In this document: piece by piece, positions 56,506 to 64,000 of the stretch | How positions within the stretch are numbered: the stretch's first letter is position 1 | Layout: every line of letters starts with the position of its first letter | Assembly: GCA_964016885.1 (NCBI GenBank) | Contig: OZ024747.1 | Coordinates: forward strand, 82,708,001 to 82,772,000 | Source: Eledone cirrhosa | Lineage: Eukaryota | Length of the DNA: 64,000 nt | Reading direction: 5' to 3' | Program-made: the position numbers and the translations under genes | The notes under the pieces: generated by a model | Seen by the model: only the letters and a program-made list of their open reading frames with translations | Databases searched by the model: none | Told to the model about the DNA's origin: nothing

Positions 56506-57025
56506 CGCTTCCAGTTGTCTTCACACAAGTTGAAATCAAATAATGGAGAGAAAAAATTAAGCATCTGATTCCGGCATCGATTACTCTTTCGATAATTCTG
56601 TTTGTTTTATTTTGTTTTGTTTTGTTTTGTTTTGTTTTGTTTGTCATATCTAACATTCTAGAAATATCTTATTTTCATGAGAATGTTTTTAATATCACTT
56701 TTAACAATTGAATTATCCAACTTATGTAATTTTCTGTTAGAAAATAGATAAATTTTGATATGAGATAAACCTGGTTTCCTGGCTGTGGGTGGGAGTGAAC
56801 AGTAAGGGGACACAGTTGAATGTGAGTGCGGAAACACCTTCCATCTTCTGACACAGTTAGAAAAACCCAAAGCAGAAGAAGAAGAAGAAGAAGAAGAAGA
56901 AGAAGAAGAAGAAGAAGAAGAAGAAGAAGAAGAAGAAGAAGAAGAAGAAGAAGAAGAAAGAGGAGGAGGGGGAGGAGGCATGGGTTCAAGTTAGAGCGTC
57001 GAACGAAAGTTTTGGAGTATTTCTT

Positions 57026-57140
57026 GGCTTTTGCCTTTCATCCTTATGAGGTCGATAAAATAAAGTACCAGTAATGCACTGGGCTCGACTTCCCCTTTCC
57101 CCCAAAAATTGTTGGCCTTGTGCCTAAATCAGAAACCATT
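57026..57140 (+). mobile_element. SINE family A 3' part
   Basis: TTTGCCTTTCATCCTTATGAGGTCGATAAAATAAAGTACCAG with (ATT)n tail. Confidence 0.8.
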
Positions 57141-57524
57141 ATTATTATTATTATTATTTGCAGGATAATAGTGGCGGGGACCTTATTTCATCATTAGGGA
57201 TCTTCTGTTTCCTTGTGAGGCAGAACTGAACCCATATAATCGCAATAGTCCATGAAACAAGATGAAGAAGCTGTTTAACAGAATTAGGGCATTCCATTCA
57301 AGTATTGAAAAAAGAAGTGAGATAACATCATTTTACCTTACTGCCAATCAACTGAAAAAGTCATTTGAACATCGTCTAAAAGATGTTTGCGATATTCGTG
57401 ACAGAGATCTGTGCTCTGAGTTGAAATCCCGCTGAGCTTAACTTCGACTTGAGATCGACAAATAAAGTATTAGTCCAGTACTAAGGTTATTACTTCTTCT
57501 ATATCACCTTCACTCTCTCTCTCT

Positions 57525-57595
<71 letters not shown>

Positions 57596-58572
57596 CCCTC
57601 TCTCTCTCTCTCTCTCCCTGTATATATATGCAGAAAGTAAACGGAAAAAAAATGCACCAAAATAAAAGAAGAAATAGAAAGATACAGGAGAATGAGAAAG
57701 AAGAACATTTTTTTAGAAAAAAACACGTGTGATCGGTTAGCCAGTGCGCGTGCGTGCGTGTGTGTGTGTGTGTGAGCGAGCGCGTTCTCAGGAAGAAATT
57801 AGATTTATTCTGACCTGAAGAGAATTGGGCTCCACCAAGTTTAAATTCTCGTATATCACTACGGTGCTCCTACGAACCTTTAATGAGTTAAGGGACCATA
57901 GCTACTGCCAATGAGTTTATAAATATTATTTCAGTGACGGATAATCTTGAGATAAGTTATGTCTTCGGGCATTGACTTACTGTGAAATCAAGAATCGTGT
58001 AGCTGCTATCGCTAAACCATTCTCTCGGCTATAAACATAAAATAATACAGCAGGAGTTGGGAGGCATTATTCAATGTAAAGTTATAGCCAATTAATCACA
58101 TCTTTGGACACATTCTATGAAATCTATCGTATCTAATAACTAATCCTCTCACCAATGCCTATAACATAATTTATTAATCGATGTATTTGAAGATTCTTTG
58201 AAGATTCATTGGTGAATGTGTGAAACGTCCATTAGCTACAGTAAAGAATCTTGAGGAAATAAAGGGTAGATACAGAATGGTACGGGGAGTAAAAGAGAAA
58301 GTTTACTGGAAATATTAATCTCTGAAATTGCAATTCTATGTTTTCTGTTACTTTTATTGGCATCTTCATTCATCATCCATCTTATTTCAAAAAAATATTA
58401 CTATCATCAACAATTTCCTCATCAACATGGTTCTTATAAAACATCGTAGTTGACTATGTTCTTGCCGACTTATAAAGACGTAACTACTTTCACTACTACC
58501 CTTCATATTACATTTTCTCTCAATCGGTTTGAGAGATAGTAGGCTTTAGTGTAGAGCCGCCAACTGGCAAAC

Positions 58573-58630
<58 letters not shown>

Positions 58631-58632
<2 letters not shown>

Positions 58633-58762
58633 CTGTCGAAATGGCCGAAGCTCAGCCATCGGGGTCCTGAATGTTTTCATATTACCCACTCTACTACCGC
58701 AAGTATCGAGTACTCTGGTGCGTTATGGTCCACCTAGTTTCTTAACACACCCTCTTTGTTAT
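58631..58762 (+). mobile_element. 27078-family element, 5'-truncated within the putative stem II
   Basis: (TA)n-GCTGTC-GAAA-TGGCcgaagctcaGCCA-TC-GGGGTCC...shared tail-(TA)n. Confidence 0.75.
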
Positions 58763-58773
58763 ATATATATATA

Positions 58774-58898
58774 CAGGGTGGCCCAAAAGTCGCAATACAT
58801 AGGAAATGTTTAAGCTTCCATATTTATTTATTTTGAATAAATTGTTTCTTATAAAACATTTTTTTTTTTTAATGTATCGCAACTTTTGGTCCACTTTA
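58774..58898. mobile_element. Tc1/mariner-type MITE
   Basis: TA-CAGGGTGGCCCAAAAGTCGCAATACAT ... ATGTATCGCAACTTTTGGTCCACT TIRs. Confidence 0.65.
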
Positions 58899-58901
58899 TA
58901 T

Positions 58902-58981
<80 letters not shown>

Positions 58982-59198
58982 CGAGTTTCTGCAATTTTCG
59001 TCTAGCAAATTCCACTTAAAGGCATTGGTGAACTAGATGTGCACTAGAAGACATGCGCGAGGTACCATACAGCGAGACTGAACTTAAAACCACGTTGTTG
59101 AGAAAGGAACTCCTTTAACACACAACCGTGTGTCTTCTAGATTACAAAATGGTATTATTATTTTAATGTATATATAAGACTTAAATAGCTAAAATAAG

Positions 59199-59276
<78 letters not shown>

Positions 59277-59462
59277 CTACTACTACTACTACTGCTACTG
59301 CTACTACTGCTGCTGTTGATGTTTTTCTCAATGTTGCTGCAGTTTCTTATTACAAAAATGACGGATACTCTGTGAGAATGATGATGATATCAAATATGAG
59401 AAAGGAAAGACGAAGACGACCAAGACAACAGCGATGATGGCGATGGTTCTGATGGTGTTTTC

Positions 59463-59522
<60 letters not shown>

Positions 59523-59529
59523 CAGTGGC

Positions 59530-59562
<33 letters not shown>

Positions 59563-60879
59563 CGCCGCAGTGACATTAATGATATTGCTTAATTTACTGT
59601 GAAACTTTTGACTGATAGTTTTTTGGGTAGAACGGAGTGACTATAAATAATTGTTTTTACTTTTTGGCACAAGGCCAGCAATTATCCCAGTACTTTATTT
59701 TATCGACCTCGTAAGGATGAAAGGTAAAATAATATCAGTTGATTTCTTCAATCCGTAACAACCTCATCTGCACAGTACCTACTAGAAATAGTAGTCAAAT
59801 ACTACTCCAATATCAACCTACAGTCTTAAATGAACTACATAAACTAGATCGGAAAATATTAGTGGTTGCTCAGGGCTGGAACGCTTTTGATCATAAGTCT
59901 GTGATCAATAATAATCTAGAAAGGGGGATAATCAACAACAACAGCAGCACATACTTATTCTCTGTTTCTTCATTCAAATTTATATTTCTTCAATCTCATT
60001 TTTATCGCCCTACCTCCTCCACACTCCATACAATTTTGAAAGCAGCTTTCTTTCTCGGTTTATCTTTAAAGATTATCTTAGATTCTCTGTGTGTGCTTTG
60101 AAACGGGAAGGATTAAAACAAAAGATGGTGAAACTAACAATATGAAGCATTTCGTTTATTTCTACAGATGGAATATTGCAGTGAAATATGCTGCCAACAA
60201 ACCCACAGAAAATGTCCTGAAGAGTTATGGATATCAAATATCTATAGCACAGATTCAAAGGGAGAAAAACAAATTTGTTCGATCGTATGCTATGATTAAT
60301 CTTTATATTGACCTATTGACTGAATTCTGACATTGAAGCTGGAATTACTAACAATGGTGGCGAATTAACAGAGTCGTTAGAGCATCGAATAGAATAATGC
60401 ATTGCATTCGTTGTTCCGGTTCTCTGCAATTTGATTCCAAATGCCATCGAGGTCAACTTTCCCTTCCATTCTTTCGAGTTCAATAAATACATTATTAGTC
60501 CACAGATGTGGGTTGGCTTAATTTTTAAGCCCTCTGGTGAGATGTCTTACGGTATCTGTTCTAGCTCTTTCGGTTCTGAGCTCAACATCGTCTCCTATGA
60601 TTAGCTTCCTTATGGTGAGAAACAGATTCCTCTGGAAACGTTTAGTGGTGACAGGCCTCCAATATTACACACAGTGATACATCGAGTGGAGTAACATGTC
60701 CAGTGGATCCTGCATATAGTGGAATAAAGGCTAAGACAGGATAAAGCTATAATTACAACCAGGAATAATTTAACAGGTGCAATGATATCGCACTGTGACA
60801 ATGATGTTAACTGTGGCTACAACAAGACTCCATTACCACTCATGATAATCATTCGTTCTAGCATTGCCAAAAGGCCTTC

Positions 60880-61030
60880 TATTTAGTGGGAAGGTAAAGT
60901 CGAGTATATCGACCCCAATACTAAACTGGCTCTTTATTTTTTGACCCGTAAGGATAAAAACATAAAGGGACGTAACACATAATGCTGCGAAGCATTTTAT
61001 CCGACGCTCTAGCGAGTCTGCCAATCCACT
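60880..61030 (-). mobile_element. SINE family A, diverged and internally deleted
   Basis: GACCCGTAAGGATAAAA...CTGCCAATCCAC. Confidence 0.65.
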
Positions 61031-61217
61031 GCTCTTTATAGATAAATAGACTGAGAGGGGGAGAGAGAGGGAGGAGAGAAACAGTGAGTGAGTAAGTGAG
61101 TGAGTGAGCTTGCACAACTAGGTCTATTTTGTATTCCTGTGTTCAAGGATGAGTGGATGGAATAGGTAGGTAGGTGGGTGGGTAGGTGGATGGATGAATA
61201 GAGACAGACAGACAGAC

Positions 61218-61272
<55 letters not shown>

Positions 61273-61275
<3 letters not shown>

Positions 61276-64000
61276 ATTTCTATTTATTTGCCACGAGGGC
61301 ACAAAAGAAGGGGACATTTACACAGTGGGGGAGTTTACATAAATCGAGTAAAGAAAAAAGGAATAACAATAATAATATAACAATAAAAAGTCCTCAAAAG
61401 GGAGGGGGCGTGTTGGGGATTGCACATACCCCCGAAAAGTGTGCAACTCTTTTCGCGGGGGAAGCCCAGAGAGGAGGCGCTCCCCCTTTCCTCTTCACTT
61501 CTTCACCTACAGAACAATGTAGAGAGAAGGCCCATTTACACGGGCCATTCTCGCTTCTTTCACCCACCTTTCATAAAACTGTCTGGGACCAAGCACTTCT
61601 CTCTCCATCCTGATTCTTCTTCCGAAGTGGTATCGGAAGAAGTAAACCAGGTGATGGCCGGAGAGAAAGTCACCCGACCTCAGACCTTTCAGGCGCGTCC
61701 ACCACACAACCTCTTTCATCATGGCTATTACGCACAGAAAGACCGCCTCTGCTTCATTTCTGAAGGGAGAAGGCGGCTTGATGTTCACCACAGACTCGGC
61801 GGTTAATCGAATCGGCGCCACACGCGACAGCAGTCGTTCGACGTAGCCCCACAGATCGGCAACGCCCGGGCAGTGTACCAGTGCATGCGCAACGGTTTCC
61901 TCGTCGCGCACGCATCTGGGACAGATCTTTTTCGCGGGATCCCTGCCCGGGCGCCCGTGTCTGTAGAGCTTTTCTCGAACGGGCAGAGCCCCCCGGTAAC
62001 ACTGCCAGGCTAGGGACCTCTGGAAGTTGTCCATGGGTCCCGAGCCGAAAGTTCTACCGAACAGGCTGGCCAGTTCGTCCTCCTCCATGCCTAGCGACTC
62101 TCCAAGGGTGTCGTCGCCCCTGCTAGCCACCAACCCTCTATAGAATGTCGAGGTGGACTCTCCACTGACAGTCGGGTCCGCTTGCCAGATAGCCTTGAGC
62201 GCCTGGGCACACTCGGTGTGCCAGTTGCCCAGTTTTCTCGGTCTTTGCTTCACCCAGGATTGCAGTTCGGTGAGCGAGACGAGCTGTGGGAAGGCTCGCC
62301 TCACAAACGGGGCCCACACCGGCTGACCGTTGAGGAATACCTGTAGATGCCGTAGCCTCAATGCGTGCCTACGCATCAACAGCCACGGCATACCCAGCCC
62401 TCCTTTCGAAGGGTGCTGGCAGCAGATGGATCTCCTCACCATGGGAGGCCGCTTCTTCCAGAGGAACTGGAAGAGCATGCGTTCCATGATGGTGAGCTTT
62501 TCCTTGGGGCAAGGCACGACGGTCAGGCGGTAGTAGATAACGGACGCTATGTAAGCGTTCGTCACCTCCGCCCGACCTTTCAGTGATAGTTTGCACTTGG
62601 CCCACTTCTGGGTCAGCGCAAACACCCTGCTCGTCACCTCACCCCAATTCTTCTCCACCTGGAGGTCCGGTCCGAACCAGACCCCGAGCAGCTTCACCGG
62701 GCCCTCCGTCCACCGCCCGACGACACCGTCTAACGGCATCGGTTTGCCCCTCCACGTTCCGAGTTGCAAACCGACTGACTTGTCCTGGTTCAGCTTAGCC
62801 CCCGTCAGCCTTTCGTATTCCTCCAGTAGGGTGGCGATCGCCCCGATTTCCGAGGCGTCCGCCACCATTACTGTTACGTCGTCGGCATAGGCCGAGACCG
62901 CTTTGTGCAATCCCGGTTCCAGGGGTATGCCCCGCAGCAACTCCAACTTCCGCAGCAGTGGCTCGAGAGTCAATACGTACAGAAGGGAGGAGAGGGGGCA
63001 CCCCTGTCTGATGGATCGGGTGATTTGAAACGGCTCCGAGAGGTAGCCGTTTACTTTAATCCTAGAGTAGATGTTGCCACTGTGCATGGCAGAAATCCAG
63101 CCCCTGAAAACGGGTCCGAAGCCCGCCGCCGCTAGCACCGCATCCAGGTAACCATGGTCGACCCTATCGAACGCCTTAGATTGATCCAAGTTGATCAGGG
63201 CCCCACCAAAGCCGGGTTCGTAGCCAACCCTCTCTATGATGTATCGCATGAGGTGGAGGTTGTCGTGAATGGACCTGGACGGGATAGCGCATGTCTGCGC
63301 GTCTCCCACCAAACCACCCACCACAAGCGCCAACCTCTTCGCCAACACCTTGGCCAAAATCTGTAACTCTGCATTCAGCAGAGTTATGGGCCTAAAGTTA
63401 CTTAAGTCGTCCCCCTTGCTCTCGTCCTTCCTCACTAGCGTGACCACGCCCTTGGTCACAGAACAGGGAATTCTCCCGTTCTGTTGCCAGTTGCAATAGA
63501 CAGCCTCGAGGAGTTCGGAGAACAAGACCGGCATAGCTAAATAAAGTTCGTATGGTAGACCATCGAGACCCGGGGATTTGCGTCTGCTGCATTGGCTGAG
63601 CGCTTCCCCTATTTCAGTGGCTGTGATTGGCCTTTCGCAGCACTCCGCTTCGCCGCTCGAAAGACGCGGTAGACCGTCTAGGTATGGACCGAAGTCCATA
63701 TCCCCGTCCGGCCCCCCGCCACCTCCGAACAGTCGAGCAAAGTGCCTTTGAAAGGTCTCGCACATTCGCTCAGGTTCAAGGATCACCCGTCCATCCTGGT
63801 CTCGCAAAGACCGAATGGTGGATTTAATCCCACTCTTGGCTTCTGTCACGCGGGCCCAGCTAACAGCTTTGGTCCCCTCGTTTCCTAAAGCACGTATTTT
63901 ACTTCGGACAACGCAGCCTTCGTGCTTCGCGTCAAAGAACTGGCTCAATGCCGTTCTCGTCGCTAACACTCTGGCTACGTCTCCGCTCCTAATCGCCTCT
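61273..64000 (-). mobile_element. L1/Tx1-type non-LTR retrotransposon, 3' 2.7 kb (continues beyond the window)
   Basis: GC-rich block with an uninterrupted ORF, ~230-nt 3' UTR, AATAAA, then (TATC)n. Confidence 0.93.
61507..63999 (-). CDS. LINE ORF2 reverse transcriptase plus CCHC zinc knuckle (5'-partial)
   Basis: KSPGLDG, NFRPITLLN, LDQSKAFDRV, RQGCPLS, YADD, CPRC..ETVAHALVHC. Frame stays open from 63969 to the window end (EAIRSGDVARV). Confidence 0.95.
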   Translation of the reverse strand, partial: EAIRSGDVARVLATRTALSQFFDAKHEGCVVRSKIRALGNEGTKAVSWARVTEAKSGIKSTIRSLRDQDGRVILEPERMCETFQRHFARLFGGGGGPDGDMDFGPYLDGLPRLSSGEAECCERPITATEIGEALSQCSRRKSPGLDGLPYELYLAMPVLFSELLEAVYCNWQQNGRIPCSVTKGVVTLVRKDESKGDDLSNFRPITLLNAELQILAKVLAKRLALVVGGLVGDAQTCAIPSRSIHDNLHLMRYIIERVGYEPGFGGALINLDQSKAFDRVDHGYLDAVLAAAGFGPVFRGWISAMHSGNIYSRIKVNGYLSEPFQITRSIRQGCPLSSLLYVLTLEPLLRKLELLRGIPLEPGLHKAVSAYADDVTVMVADASEIGAIATLLEEYERLTGAKLNQDKSVGLQLGTWRGKPMPLDGVVGRWTEGPVKLLGVWFGPDLQVEKNWGEVTSRVFALTQKWAKCKLSLKGRAEVTNAYIASVIYYRLTVVPCPKEKLTIMERMLFQFLWKKRPPMVRRSICCQHPSKGGLGMPWLLMRRHALRLRHLQVFLNGQPVWAPFVRRAFPQLVSLTELQSWVKQRPRKLGNWHTECAQALKAIWQADPTVSGESTSTFYRGLVASRGDDTLGESLGMEEDELASLFGRTFGSGPMDNFQRSLAWQCYRGALPVREKLYRHGRPGRDPAKKICPRCVRDEETVAHALVHCPGVADLWGYVERLLSRVAPIRLTAESVVNIKPPSPFRNEAEAVFLCVIAMMKEVVWWTRLKGLRSGDFLSGHHLVYFFRYHFGRRIRMEREVLGPRQFYERWVKEARMARVNGPSLYIVL

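Noticed and set aside
59198-59310. (TAG)n switching to (CTA)n palindrome
   Set aside because: Simple-repeat strand switch with no further structure.
61410-63827. Short ORFs overlapping the LINE ORF2
   Set aside because: Shadow frames of a GC-rich coding sequence.

Overview
AT-rich, microsatellite-saturated eukaryotic DNA. The tRNA-derived SINE families look octopod-cephalopod-like, which is an inference from memory and not a search. Almost every ORF in the track is a translation of simple repeats. Conventional content: two minisatellite arrays (44 bp and 38 bp units), a decayed R4/Dong-like LINE, RTE LINE fragments, about 20 SINEs, an internally deleted mariner, Tc1/mariner and hAT MITEs, an apparently intact L1/Tx1-type ORF2 running off the right end, and probably the last two coding exons of a host gene on the minus strand. 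Main discovery: many short elements lodged in or beside (TA)n runs carry type I hammerhead ribozyme (HHR) motifs. I count 12 complete cores plus about 10 variant or half copies, from at least 7 unrelated sequence families. They include a ~466-bp tandem retrozyme-like array at 19490-21962. Most are arranged as fold-back inverted repeats with ribozymes pointing outward, and several fold-back junctions fall inside ribozyme stem II. HHRs in Penelope-like elements and retrozymes are established. The density, family diversity, (TA)n association and ribozyme-centred inversions here are what merit follow-up. All structures were folded by eye and ribozyme activity is untested.
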